DNA of 51,368 bases from Candidatus Moraniibacteriota bacterium (GCA_030638895.1 DAOWDS010000027.1:1-51368); one strand, 5' to 3'. Shown: positions 9,236 through 19,909, numbered from the stretch's first letter. Notes: a model not told the origin generated them from the sequence alone. Translations and numbers: made by a program.

Positions 9236-12200
9236 CTATTCCTCTCTTTTATCAATATTCCTGAAATATCCAGTGCCTGACGGAATTAGTCTTCCAATAA
9301 TGACATTTTCTTTAAGTCCTCGGAGCTTGTCTTTTTTTCCGGTAGTGGCGGCGCCTATCAAAACTCGCGCTGTTTCCTGAAAAGAAGCGGCTGACAGAAA
9401 GCTTTCAGTAGTCAGAGACGCTTTTGTTATTCCTAAAAGCAGTTGATCGGCTATAGCGGGGTTTTTTATCTTATCTGTTATGTTTTTGTTCTCTTTATTT
9501 TCTCTTTCAATTTCATCGTTAGCTTCAGTTAATTGAGCCTTTTCTAAAATGTCTCCTATTAGCAGGTTAGTATCTCCAGTTTCTCTAATTCTCACTCTTG
9601 AAAGCATTTGTCTTATAATGATTTCAATATGCTTATCATCAATACCTTCTCCCTGCGAAGTGTAAACTTGCTGTACCTCTTTGATAATATATTTTTGAAC
9701 TTCTTTAATTCCTTTTAATTCAAATAAGTCCTGAATATCAACATGACCTTCAGTTAGTTGCTGTCCCATCGTTATTAATTCATCCTTTTTAACCAAAATT
9801 GAAGTATCTTTGTCAGCCACATAACTTTTTACATCTTCAATTTTTTCTTTGTCAGCTGCTTCTTTTACTTTCGGTTTGAATTTTATATGAATAATTCTTG
9901 AATCCTGAGTTTCTTCAATATTTTCAACTATGCCATCAACTTCGGAAATTATCGCTTTTCCCTTTGGAAGCCTTGCTTCAAAAATTTCTTCAACTCTAGG
10001 AAGGCCTTGAGTAATATCTTTGCCGGTAACACCTCCGCTATGGAATGTTCTCATGGTGAGCTGTGTGCCCGGCTCTCCAATCGCTTGAGCAGTAACTATC
10101 CCAACTGCCTGTCCTATTTCAACTAGTTTATTCTTTCCGAGATCATACCCATAACATTTTTGACATACTCCTCTTTTGGCTTTGCAATTGACAATTCCCC
10201 TAATCAATACGCTTTGGATCCCAGCCTTTTCTATTTGTTCTGCATTTTCTTTGTTGATTTGATCTTGAGCCTTAACAATAATTTTTTTAGTTTTTGGGTC
10301 TTTAATATCTTTTAATGCCGTTCTACCTTTTAGTCTCATTGATATTGTTCGGCCTATATCCAAATGTTCATTGGCAATAATTTCGGTTCCGTTTGTGTCA
10401 TGGCAATCTTTTTCGTGAATAATGACATCTTGCGCGACATCAACAAGTCTTCTGGTTAAATAGCCGGCTGTTGAAGTTCTAAGAGCTGTATCTGCCATTC
10501 CCTTTCTGGTGCCATGAGTGGATATAAAATATTCCAAAACATTAAAACCTTCCTTAAAGCTGCTTTTGATAGGAAGTTCAATTGTTTCTCCTGACGGATT
10601 GACAACTAGTCCTTTCATTCCTCCCATCTGAGTTATAACAGCCCAATTGCTCCTTGCTCCAGAATTAATCATATACGCAACGGGACTTTCCTTTCCTATA
10701 GTAGCTGGAATTTTTTGAGCTATCTTACTTTTAATATCATTCCAAACTTCTATTGATTTTATTCTTCTTTCGTTTTCCGTAAGCAATCCTTCTTCATACT
10801 GCTCTCTAATTTTATCAATTTCTCTGTTTCCTTCCTTTAAAAGTTCTTTCTTAACATCTGGAATTTTAACATCATTCATCCCCCAGCTTAACCCAGACTT
10901 AGTCGCATATTTAAATCCAAGGCTCTTAATTTTATCAATTAATTTTACAGTCTTTTCTTCTCCAATTATATCTAAAGCATCTGCTATAAGAGCTTTAAGA
11001 GTGCTAGAGTCCATAATCTTGTTTATAAACATCAATTTTTTTGGCAATGATTGATTAAAAATTATACGGCCAACAGAAGTTTCAATAAAGGGTTTTTCGT
11101 GTTCTAAAATCCTGTTTCTAACGCCAGAAACAGGATTTTTAGCCTCAGTCCATGAATGATTTCTGAGTTTTATTTTGGCTCTAAGGCTGATTAAGTCAAG
11201 TTCATAGGAAATTATTGCCTCTTCAAAAGAATTAAAAGCCTTACCTTCTCCTTTTGCCCCATCTACAATTTTAGTCATATAATAACAGCCTAAGACTATG
11301 TCTTGAGAAGGAATTACTATAGGATCTCCAGTTGCAGGCTTTAGAAGATTTCTAGAAGAAAGCATTATTTCTTTTGATTCCTTTTGAGATTCTTCAGTAA
11401 GAGGAAGATGAACAGCCATTTGGTCTCCGTCAAAATCAGCGTTAAATGCCTTACAAACCATTGGATGAATTTGAATAGCTTTTCCTTCAATCAAAACAGG
11501 ATAAAAAGCCTGAATTCCGAGACGATGCAAAGTTGGAGCGCGATTAAGAAGAACTGTTTTATTTTTAATTACTTCTTCAAGAATATCCCAAACTTCTGTT
11601 ATTTCTTGTTCTATTAATTTATTCGCGCTTCGGACATTATACGCAAAACTTCTTTCTATAAGCTCTTTCATTATAAAAGGCTTAAAAAGTTCCAAAGCCA
11701 TTTTTTTAGGAAGTCCGCACTGGTTAAGTTTTAGAGTCGGACCAATTACAATAACCGAACGAGCTGAATAATCAACGCGTTTTCCCAAAAGATTCTGCCT
11801 GAATCTTCCTTGTTTTCCCTTTAGCATGTCAGCAAGCGATCTTAATTGCCTTCTCTTTCCTGTAGCTGCCATTGTAGCTTGTCCTCTTCTGGCGCTATTG
11901 TCAATAAGCGCGTCAACGGCTTCTTGTAACATCCTTTTTTCATTTCTAGAAATAACTTCTGGAGCACCGAGTTCTATAAGTTTTTTAAGTCGATTGTTTC
12001 TATTGATAACTCTTCTGTAAAGATCATTAAGATCAGAAGTCGCGAATCTCCCGCCATCCAACTGCACCATAGGTCTTAAATCAGGAGGTATGATAGGAAT
12101 AACGGTTAAACACATCCATTCGGGTTTTATTTCCGCTTTTGCAAATCCTTGCGCGAGTCGCAGCCTTTTCATCATTTTTTTTCTTTGAACGGAAATTTTG

Positions 12201-12964
12201 GGTAATTTGACAACCTCTTTCTCTAATCTTTTGGCTAGTTTTTTTAAATTAATATCGTTCAGAGCTTTTCTTATAGCCTCAGTTCCTATATTAGCCTTAA
12301 AGACGGATGCATATTTTAAAGAAAGGGTTCTATATTTAACTTCGGAAATAACTTTAAGTTTTTTAATGCTTCTTAACTCTTCTTTTGCTGCGTCTCTTGC
12401 TTCTTTAATGTCGTTAATTTCTGGAATTGTTAAAGCTTTTTTCTCATCCGCGGCATTTTTAAAAGACAAGCCCTTAATCCTTAATTTATATTCAGCTTCA
12501 ATTTTATCAGAAACCACTTTTCTTTCATCTTCATTAACATCCGTAATTAAATAACTTGCAAAATAAATAACTCTTTCCATCTCCTGAATAGACATATTAA
12601 GCATCAAGCCGATACTTGAAGGTACTCCTCTTAAAAACCAGACGTGAGAGATAGGTACAGCTAGCTTTATATGTCCCATTCTATCTCTTCTTACTATAGA
12701 TTTTGTAACTTCAACTCCGCATTTATCGCAAACAATGCCCTTGTATCTTATTCTTTTATATTTTCCGCAGTAGCATTCCCAGTCTTTTGTCGGTCCGAAT
12801 ATTTTTTCACAAAACAGCCCGTCTTTTTCTGGTCTCTGAGTTCTGTAATTTATTGTTTCCGGTTTAAGAACTTCTCCGCAAGACCAATCTAAAATTTCTT
12901 CTGGACTGGCAAGTTTCAGCCTTACTGCCTGAAAATCTTCAACTTTTGTTCCTGTATTTGTCAT
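9236..12964 (-). CDS. rpoC: DNA-directed RNA polymerase subunit beta'
   Basis: It carries the zinc-binding CYCGKYK...CDKCGV motif and the catalytic NADFDGDQM motif. Homology pattern runs full length. Confidence 0.98.
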   Translation of the reverse strand: MTNTGTKVEDFQAVRLKLASPEEILDWSCGEVLKPETINYRTQRPEKDGLFCEKIFGPTKDWECYCGKYKRIRYKGIVCDKCGVEVTKSIVRRDRMGHIKLAVPISHVWFLRGVPSSIGLMLNMSIQEMERVIYFASYLITDVNEDERKVVSDKIEAEYKLRIKGLSFKNAADEKKALTIPEINDIKEARDAAKEELRSIKKLKVISEVKYRTLSLKYASVFKANIGTEAIRKALNDINLKKLAKRLEKEVVKLPKISVQRKKMMKRLRLAQGFAKAEIKPEWMCLTVIPIIPPDLRPMVQLDGGRFATSDLNDLYRRVINRNNRLKKLIELGAPEVISRNEKRMLQEAVDALIDNSARRGQATMAATGKRRQLRSLADMLKGKQGRFRQNLLGKRVDYSARSVIVIGPTLKLNQCGLPKKMALELFKPFIMKELIERSFAYNVRSANKLIEQEITEVWDILEEVIKNKTVLLNRAPTLHRLGIQAFYPVLIEGKAIQIHPMVCKAFNADFDGDQMAVHLPLTEESQKESKEIMLSSRNLLKPATGDPIVIPSQDIVLGCYYMTKIVDGAKGEGKAFNSFEEAIISYELDLISLRAKIKLRNHSWTEAKNPVSGVRNRILEHEKPFIETSVGRIIFNQSLPKKLMFINKIMDSSTLKALIADALDIIGEEKTVKLIDKIKSLGFKYATKSGLSWGMNDVKIPDVKKELLKEGNREIDKIREQYEEGLLTENERRIKSIEVWNDIKSKIAQKIPATIGKESPVAYMINSGARSNWAVITQMGGMKGLVVNPSGETIELPIKSSFKEGFNVLEYFISTHGTRKGMADTALRTSTAGYLTRRLVDVAQDVIIHEKDCHDTNGTEIIANEHLDIGRTISMRLKGRTALKDIKDPKTKKIIVKAQDQINKENAEQIEKAGIQSVLIRGIVNCKAKRGVCQKCYGYDLGKNKLVEIGQAVGIVTAQAIGEPGTQLTMRTFHSGGVTGKDITQGLPRVEEIFEARLPKGKAIISEVDGIVENIEETQDSRIIHIKFKPKVKEAADKEKIEDVKSYVADKDTSILVKKDELITMGQQLTEGHVDIQDLFELKGIKEVQKYIIKEVQQVYTSQGEGIDDKHIEIIIRQMLSRVRIRETGDTNLLIGDILEKAQLTEANDEIERENKENKNITDKIKNPAIADQLLLGITKASLTTESFLSAASFQETARVLIGAATTGKKDKLRGLKENVIIGRLIPSGTGYFRNIDKREE

Positions 12965-13285
12965 ATATTTTTAAATTATTATATGATTAAATTGTTGTAA
13001 AACTAAATTGTTACATTGTTGGATTGTCCCCGTTGGCTCTTTAGGTCTGTGGAGCCTGTTTGCAAAATCCAGAGTTTAGGTTTTAACCTGTAAAAGATAC
13101 AATAACCAAGACACAAACATCAAAAAAGATCCAATAATCAATAATCAAATTCCAAACTTTTGATATTTAATTTTTATTGATTATTTTTTGGTTATTGTTT
13201 CTTGTATCCTTGGTTATTGTTTGCCGATGTATCTTGCATCTTGTTTCTTAAAACAGTATTTTTGTTTTTTTAAATAATTATTCCA

Positions 13286-16200
13286 TTACTCTTCCTTATT
13301 TTCCTCTTTTTCCTTCTCGACTTTCTCTTCTTTCGCTCCTATAAGATTAACGCTTAAGCCAAGAGCTTTTAGTTCATTTAATAGAACATGAAATGAGGCG
13401 GGAATATGAGGGCTCTTTATCGGTTCGCCTTTTATGATTGATTCATATGCTTTTGATCTTCCAAGAACATCGTCTGATTTTATAGTTAGTACTTCTTGTA
13501 GGGTATGAGCAGCTCCATGTCCTTCAAGCGCCCAAACTTCCATTTCTCCAAATCTTTGTCCGCCAAACTGGGCTTTGCCACCAAGCGGCTGCTGCGTGAT
13601 AAGAGAGTATGGGCCAATAGAGCGCATATGTATTTTATCTTCAACGAGATGATTCAGTTTTAATATATAAGTAACTCCCACGGTAGTTTTGTTTTCAAAA
13701 GATTTGCCGGTTTTTCCGTCAAAAAGCTGGACTTTCCCATTTTCCGGAAGATTGACTTTTACAAGCTCCTCTTTGATTTGTTTTTCAGTAACGCCATTTA
13801 AAGCTGGACAGGCAACTTTATATCCTTGTTTGCTTGCTGCCCATCCGAGATGAGTTTCAAGAATTTGACCGATATTCATACGGCTAGCCACACCGAGAGG
13901 ATTTAAAATTATATCAACAGGAGTTCCGTCTTCTAAATAAGGCATATCTTCAATGGGAAGAATTGTTGAGATAACGCCTTTATTTCCATGCCTGCCGGCT
14001 AATTTATCCCCAACTTGTATTTTTCTCAACTGAGCGACGCTTACTTGTATTTTTTTTATAACGCCGCTGGAAAGTTTATCTCCCTGATCTCTTGAAAATA
14101 TTTTTATATCAACTACTTTTCCCTGTTCGCCATGTTGCAAATACAAAGAAGTATCTTTCACGTCTCTTGCTTTTTCGCCAAATATGGATCTTAATAATCT
14201 TTCTTCCGCTGTTAAATCGCTTTCTCCTTTTGGCGTAATTTTTCCGACCAAAATATCTCCAGATCTGACTTCGGCCCCGATTCTTATAATTCCGTCTTCG
14301 TCTAAATCTTTTAATTTTTCTTCTCCGACATTAGGAATGTCTCTGGTTACAATTTCAGGACCAAGTTTTGTATCTCGAACATCAATTGAGAAGTCTTCTA
14401 TATGAATTGAACTAAACCTGTCATCCTCAACAACTTTTTGTGAAAGTATTATAGCATCTTCAAAATTACATCCGCCCCAAGGCAAAAACGCTACCATCAA
14501 ATTTTGACCAAGCGCGATTTCTCCTTCTTCTGTTCCAGAGCCATCAGCAATAAGCTGCCCTTTTTTTACTAGCTGCCCCTTTTTTACTCTTGGACGCTGT
14601 GTCATACATGTGGCGGCGTTTGATCTAATAAAGCTGGAAAGATTGTAATTTATAAATTCTAAACTTTTATTAGCAGTGTTTTTAAAAGGTATGCTTTTAA
14701 TTTTTATATGAGATCCATCAACTTCAACAATCTTTCCATCTGCTTGTGTGAGAACAACATGGCCGGAATCAAGCGCAACTTTTTTTTCAAAGCCTGTTCC
14801 GACTACTGGAGACTGTGGAATAATACAAGTGACAGCTTGGCGTTGCATATTTGATCCCATAAGAGCTCTATGCGCGTCATCATGCTCAAGAAAAGGAATA
14901 AGAGATGTTGCGACACTGATTGCTTGATTGGGAGATATATCCATAAAATCCACTTTTTCTGCTTCAATTATTCCTGGTCTGCCTTTTATTCTTGCTTGAA
15001 CTTCTTTTTGATTAAATTTGCAAGAGTTTTTTTCAAAAGGTATGCTTGCATGAGCAATAGTAGCTTCTTCTTCTTCTGTAGCGTCTAAATATACTATTTC
15101 GTCCGTTGCTTTTCCATTTTTAACTTTTCTATATGGAGTTTCTAAAAAACCATATTCATTAACTTTTCCATAAACAGAAAGATGTCCGACTAGTCCGATA
15201 TTTGGTCCTTCCGGAGTTTGAATTGGACAAATTCTTCCATAATGGCTGCGATGAACATCGCGAACTTCAAATCCAGCTCTTTCTCTTGTAAGTCCTCCAG
15301 GACCCATGGCAGAAAGGCGTCTTTTGTGCTCAAGTTCAGCTAATGGGTTTACTTGGTCCATAAATTGGCAAAGTTGACTAGACATAAAAAATTCTCTTAT
15401 AACCGCGATAAGAGGCCTTGTATTTATAAGTTGAGAAGGTGTAACTGTATTGGAGTCAAGGGTGCTTATTCTGTCTTTGATATTTCTTTCAACTCTCATA
15501 AATCCCAACCTAAATCTTTCTTGAACAAGCTCTCCAACCATTCTCACTCTTCTATTTCCAAGATGATCAATATCATCGCCGACAGCATTAAAAGAATTAT
15601 TAAGCTTGATGATTTTTTTGATAGTTAAAACTAGATCGTCAGGCTGAAATACTCTATGAGAAACAGAATCTTTAAGATCAATACTAAGCCTCTGGTTTAT
15701 TTTATGTCTTCCAACCTTGCCAAGATCATACCTGTCAAATTTAAAAAACATTCCCTTGATCAACTGTTTGGCGTTATCGGCAGTTGCTAAATCTCCGGGT
15801 CTGATTCTTTTATAGACTTCAATAAAACCCTCTGCTTCAGATTTTGCTAAATCTTTATTTATGGTCTCTTTTATAAATTTTACATTTCCAGTATCAACAT
15901 CAGAGAACAACTTTAATAATTCTTCGTCAGATCCTTCCTTAAAAGCTCTTAATAACGAGGTAATAGCAACCTTTCTTTTTTTGTCTATTTTGACAAAAAT
16001 AGCGCCGCTTGCTTCTGTTTCTATTTCAAGCCACGCTCCTCTTGTTGGAATTAATTTAGCGCCAAAATATTTTTTATCTTCTTTTTCGGAAGAAACGCTA
16101 AAAAATACTCCGGGAGATTTTATAAGCTGTCCAACAACTACTCTTTCCACTCCGTTAATAATAAAAGTTCCGCGCTCTGTCATAAGAGGGAACTCTCCAA

Positions 16201-16537
16201 AATAAATTTCTTGTTCTTTTTTTGTTTTTAATTTGACGTTTGTCAATCTAACTTTGCACCGCAAAGGAGCCTCATAAGATAAATTCTTTTTTTTTGAAGT
16301 TTCTTCGTCATATTTCGGCTTATCAAGGTAATAGTCAATAAAATCAAGTTCCATTTCCTTATTGAAACTAACAATAGGAGAAACTTCGTCCAAAAGCTCT
16401 TTTAATCCTTTTTTAACAAACCAATCATAAGAATCAATTTGAGATTTTATTAAATAAGGCGGACTTATTAACTCCTTTATTTTATTAAAATACTTTCTGC
16501 TTGATTTTAAATTTTTTATTTCTTTATTTTTGAGCAT
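13286..16537 (-). CDS. rpoB: DNA-directed RNA polymerase subunit beta
   Basis: It carries the conserved blocks QFMDQVNPLAELEHKRRLSA, GRHGNKGV and GGQRFGEMEVWALE. It lies upstream of rpoC. Confidence 0.98.
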   Translation of the reverse strand: MLKNKEIKNLKSSRKYFNKIKELISPPYLIKSQIDSYDWFVKKGLKELLDEVSPIVSFNKEMELDFIDYYLDKPKYDEETSKKKNLSYEAPLRCKVRLTNVKLKTKKEQEIYFGEFPLMTERGTFIINGVERVVVGQLIKSPGVFFSVSSEKEDKKYFGAKLIPTRGAWLEIETEASGAIFVKIDKKRKVAITSLLRAFKEGSDEELLKLFSDVDTGNVKFIKETINKDLAKSEAEGFIEVYKRIRPGDLATADNAKQLIKGMFFKFDRYDLGKVGRHKINQRLSIDLKDSVSHRVFQPDDLVLTIKKIIKLNNSFNAVGDDIDHLGNRRVRMVGELVQERFRLGFMRVERNIKDRISTLDSNTVTPSQLINTRPLIAVIREFFMSSQLCQFMDQVNPLAELEHKRRLSAMGPGGLTRERAGFEVRDVHRSHYGRICPIQTPEGPNIGLVGHLSVYGKVNEYGFLETPYRKVKNGKATDEIVYLDATEEEEATIAHASIPFEKNSCKFNQKEVQARIKGRPGIIEAEKVDFMDISPNQAISVATSLIPFLEHDDAHRALMGSNMQRQAVTCIIPQSPVVGTGFEKKVALDSGHVVLTQADGKIVEVDGSHIKIKSIPFKNTANKSLEFINYNLSSFIRSNAATCMTQRPRVKKGQLVKKGQLIADGSGTEEGEIALGQNLMVAFLPWGGCNFEDAIILSQKVVEDDRFSSIHIEDFSIDVRDTKLGPEIVTRDIPNVGEEKLKDLDEDGIIRIGAEVRSGDILVGKITPKGESDLTAEERLLRSIFGEKARDVKDTSLYLQHGEQGKVVDIKIFSRDQGDKLSSGVIKKIQVSVAQLRKIQVGDKLAGRHGNKGVISTILPIEDMPYLEDGTPVDIILNPLGVASRMNIGQILETHLGWAASKQGYKVACPALNGVTEKQIKEELVKVNLPENGKVQLFDGKTGKSFENKTTVGVTYILKLNHLVEDKIHMRSIGPYSLITQQPLGGKAQFGGQRFGEMEVWALEGHGAAHTLQEVLTIKSDDVLGRSKAYESIIKGEPIKSPHIPASFHVLLNELKALGLSVNLIGAKEEKVEKEKEENKEE

Positions 16538-16586
16538 AAGTATAATTTAATTGTTTTAAAGTTGAAAATTAATTTCATATATTTAT

Positions 16587-16702
16587 GACTTGCGCGTTTG
16601 CTATCATCCTGAACTTGTTGAAAGATATTGTTTATATAAATATGATGCTTCGACAAGCTTAGGATGGCATTTATACGTATTATTTTTTCAAACGTGTAAG
16701 TC
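16587..16702. repeat. nested imperfect palindrome in the rpoB upstream region
   Basis: The outer arms are GACTTGCGCGTTTG (16587-16600) and CAAACGTGTAAGTC (16689-16702). The inner arms are CATCCTGAACTTGTTGAAAG (16605-16624) and CTTCGACAAGCTTAGGATG (16648-16666). Confidence 0.7.
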
Positions 16703-16891
16703 CTGTCTAAATTGTAATTTTAAAAACACAAAAACAAACCCAGACAGCAAACACTGCAGGCACTAAGGAATGCCACCTTTTTATCTGATGATTTTATAAA
16801 TCATAAATTCAATTTTGACTTGTATTCAAATGTATATTTATTATATACAATCTAAAAAGATTGTCAAGCGGAGGGCTGAGAGATTTGGAAT

Positions 16892-18688
16892 TTACTTCTT
16901 TTCCATCGCTAAATTATGAGCCTCAACATAATAATTAACAAAGTTTTCCCAATCCGCTTCAAAGGCTACTTTTCTTGCTTGAATTTTATTATCAATTCTT
17001 TTCTTTTTTGTGAATTGAGTATATCTGTAGAGAACATCAACAAAATTATTAATCATTTCCTCTTTTTTTTCATTTTCAATGTCCAAAATATATACTCCGG
17101 GATCTTTCTTTTTTTTCAAATTATCAAAACAATATTTTCCAAAACCGGAAAGATTACTTGTGAGTGAAGCGACTCCGAGAGCAGCTGTTTCGAGCGGAGT
17201 ATATCCCCAAGGCTCATAATAAGATGGAAAAACGCCTAAATGACAAGCTTGAATGCTTTGATAATAATCAAGATCGCTTAGTCCATCCGCGCCTGTTAAA
17301 TATATTGGATAAAAAATAACCTTAACCGCGTCTTCTTCTTTATTTTCTAATTTTTCTTTTTTAAAAGCTTTCAATATAGGATCATTTTCTGCTTGATAAA
17401 TTTCATGAGTTGAAAGAGGCGCTGGACCGCTTTTTGATTTTAATTTTAAAAGTTTTCTTTTGATAGCTAGACTAAAATTTTCACTGAAAATTGATTTTTC
17501 GTTCACTTTGTCTTCAGTGGAAATTGTATAAAGTAAGTTTTCTTTAATATCATCTTCCTCTTCCTCTAATAAATCTTTGATGTCCCTGAAAGCTTCTCTT
17601 GCTTCAATTATGTTAGGATTAATACTGGTTGTTCTTGTTGGCACATAGAAAAAAGTAACAATATTTTTTTTACTTTTATTTTTTTTCATTTTCTCGTTAA
17701 GCTTTCCAAGAGATTCAATAAAAATATCTAGACCCTTGTTGTGAAACTCATATCTGCTGGCAGTAAAATAAAATAAAGTGTTTTCAAGATCAATGTTGTA
17801 GTATGGAAAAAAATAATACAGCGCGAACTGCCTTAGCATATTTCTATATTTTTTATGTTTTAATGCCGTCTCTTCAAAGCTTGGAAACTCAGACATATCT
17901 AAGCCATTTGGCAAAATTACATCAACATCTTTGCCCAAAATATGCTTTGCCTCCATAGCAGTGATTTGGCTTACGGTAGTGAAAACATCCGCGTTTTCAG
18001 CGCATAATTTTTCCATAGTATGTTTGGTCTGAACCCCATATTTATATGCTTCTTCAGCTGGATTAATTTTATTTAATTCAGAATATAAATCCACGCCGTT
18101 ACCTGCGAGAGTTCTTCCAAGCGTTGTCGCGTGCGTAGTGAACACCGTTGATACTCTTGAATTATTTTTCTTTAAATATAAAATTGCTCCCCCGGAAAGC
18201 CATTCATGAGCATGCATTACAATATTTTTCTCTTTATGCGCGTCGCTTATTTTTTTAATCAGCGTTCCGACTGTCCAGCTCCATAGAACCGGTTCGTCAT
18301 AATCATAAGCGCTGTTTAAAGAGTCTAAACCAAAACTGTCCCACATTTGTTTTTTAACATTATCATTATTATGCCAAAAATTTTTAAAATCTATTAAAAT
18401 AACTTTCGGCTCTCCTTTAATGATCCAGCTGCCAAAATGAAGAACGATTCCAATGTTTTTTAATTCAGAATAAATTGATTTATAAAGATCTGGAATAGGC
18501 TCTTCTTTAAAAACATTTCTGCTTTTTTCATCAAAATATGGACCAATTAAGCAATAAGAATTTTTATAGTGCTTTTGCATTTGCTTTGCTTTTGAACTTA
18601 ATACCGTAAAAATGCCTCCAACTTTATTGCAAACTTCCCATGATACTTCAAACAGCATACGCGGTTTTGTTTTTGTATTTGTTTTCAT
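16892..18688 (-). CDS. glycogen synthase, GT3 (eukaryote/Bacteroidetes-type) family
   Basis: The N-terminus LFEVSWEVCNKVGGIFTVLSSKA...YCLIGPY closely parallels animal/yeast glycogen synthase (LFEVAWEV.NKVGGIYTVL). HEW and the C-terminal YEPWGYTPLE block are present. Confidence 0.8.
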   Translation of the reverse strand: MKTNTKTKPRMLFEVSWEVCNKVGGIFTVLSSKAKQMQKHYKNSYCLIGPYFDEKSRNVFKEEPIPDLYKSIYSELKNIGIVLHFGSWIIKGEPKVILIDFKNFWHNNDNVKKQMWDSFGLDSLNSAYDYDEPVLWSWTVGTLIKKISDAHKEKNIVMHAHEWLSGGAILYLKKNNSRVSTVFTTHATTLGRTLAGNGVDLYSELNKINPAEEAYKYGVQTKHTMEKLCAENADVFTTVSQITAMEAKHILGKDVDVILPNGLDMSEFPSFEETALKHKKYRNMLRQFALYYFFPYYNIDLENTLFYFTASRYEFHNKGLDIFIESLGKLNEKMKKNKSKKNIVTFFYVPTRTTSINPNIIEAREAFRDIKDLLEEEEDDIKENLLYTISTEDKVNEKSIFSENFSLAIKRKLLKLKSKSGPAPLSTHEIYQAENDPILKAFKKEKLENKEEDAVKVIFYPIYLTGADGLSDLDYYQSIQACHLGVFPSYYEPWGYTPLETAALGVASLTSNLSGFGKYCFDNLKKKKDPGVYILDIENEKKEEMINNFVDVLYRYTQFTKKKRIDNKIQARKVAFEADWENFVNYYVEAHNLAMEKK

Positions 18689-18838
18689 TTGTTTAAATTT
18701 TATTATTTAATTTGTGAAATAACTAGCGTTATGTTAAATTTGTTAGTTTTTCAGGCCTTTTTATATCAATATAATGATTCTGAACTTATCGAAGGATTGT
18801 TTAAAATTACAACAATAGGACAATTTAACAACATAGTT

Positions 18839-19909
18839 TTATATTTTAAATTCAATTACATCTCCGTCTTGGACAATATATTCTTTTCCTTCAGTTCGCA
18901 GCAATCCTTTTTCTGTAGCGTTTTGCCATGATTTGGAATCTAATAATTTTTGCCAATTAATGACACTGGCACGGATAAATTTTTGTTCAAAATCGCTGTG
19001 AATCGCGCTGCCTGCTTGCGGAGCTGTTGAATTTTTTTTGACGGTCCATGCGCGAGTTTCATCTTTACCTGTTGTGAGAAATGTTATAAGTCCTAATAGA
19101 TCGTAACATTTTACGATTAAATTTTCTAAACTAGAAATGTTTTTGTCCAACTTTGTTTCAATCTTGAATTCTTGAACTTCTTCAGATGAAAGTTCTAATA
19201 GGTCTAATTCAAATTTTATTGGAATGAAAATTTTATTATTAATGCCGGCAAGAATTTCATTTTCATCTATTTTTTCATTTTCATTAACATTTACTACATA
19301 AAAAATAGGCTTGTTGGTTAAAAGCTGAAGCCCTTTAACGGTTTTTTTTTCATTTTCATCTAATTTAACGCTATTGGCAAAATTTTCATTTTCAAGCGCC
19401 AGTTTATATTTTTCAAGAATATTTTGAAGTTCTATGGCTTCTTTTTTGCCCGCTCTGACATCTTTTTGTATTTTTAATAATCCATTATTGATTGTCTCTA
19501 AATCGGCCAAGATAAGCTCAATGTTGATTGTTTCAATATCACTTTCCGGATCTATTTTACCGCTGACATGAGTGATATTATTATCTTCAAATCCCCTGAC
19601 AATGTGAATTATCATATCTGTTTCACGAATGTTTGAAAGAAATTTATTTCCAAGCCCCTCTCCCTTGTGCGCGTCTTTTACAAGTCCGGCAATATCTACA
19701 AATTCAATGGCCGTTGGTATGATTTTTTTGCTTTTTGAAAATTCAGACAGTTTTTTCAGTCTTTTGTCGGGAACTTTTACAATTCCAATATTCGGATCTA
19801 TTGTGCAGAATGGATAGTTTGAAATATCAATTTCGTTTTTGGTTATAGTTTTGAAAAGCGTTGATTTGCCGACATTTGGAAGTCCTACAATTCCTACTGA
19901 AAATCCCAT
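18839..19909 (-). CDS. ychF: ribosome-binding ATPase YchF
   Basis: It has GIVGLPNVGKSTLF and the DIAGLV G-motifs. The C-terminal TGS-like end is RTEGKEYIVQDGDVIEFKI. Confidence 0.92.
   Translation of the reverse strand: MGFSVGIVGLPNVGKSTLFKTITKNEIDISNYPFCTIDPNIGIVKVPDKRLKKLSEFSKSKKIIPTAIEFVDIAGLVKDAHKGEGLGNKFLSNIRETDMIIHIVRGFEDNNITHVSGKIDPESDIETINIELILADLETINNGLLKIQKDVRAGKKEAIELQNILEKYKLALENENFANSVKLDENEKKTVKGLQLLTNKPIFYVVNVNENEKIDENEILAGINNKIFIPIKFELDLLELSSEEVQEFKIETKLDKNISSLENLIVKCYDLLGLITFLTTGKDETRAWTVKKNSTAPQAGSAIHSDFEQKFIRASVINWQKLLDSKSWQNATEKGLLRTEGKEYIVQDGDVIEFKI

Noticed and set aside
3361-16205. Many 60-210-aa ORFs lie antisense to or overlapping rpsF, recA, ftsK, rpoC and rpoB. Examples are 3361-3687, 4534-4794, 5304-5662, 6720-7001, 7959-8594, 8616-8906, 11384-12892 and 14184-16205.
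   Set aside because: They lie entirely inside strongly supported long genes on the other strand or frame. Their low-complexity S/F/L/I-rich translations are typical of antisense reading of AT-rich coding DNA. They have no start context.
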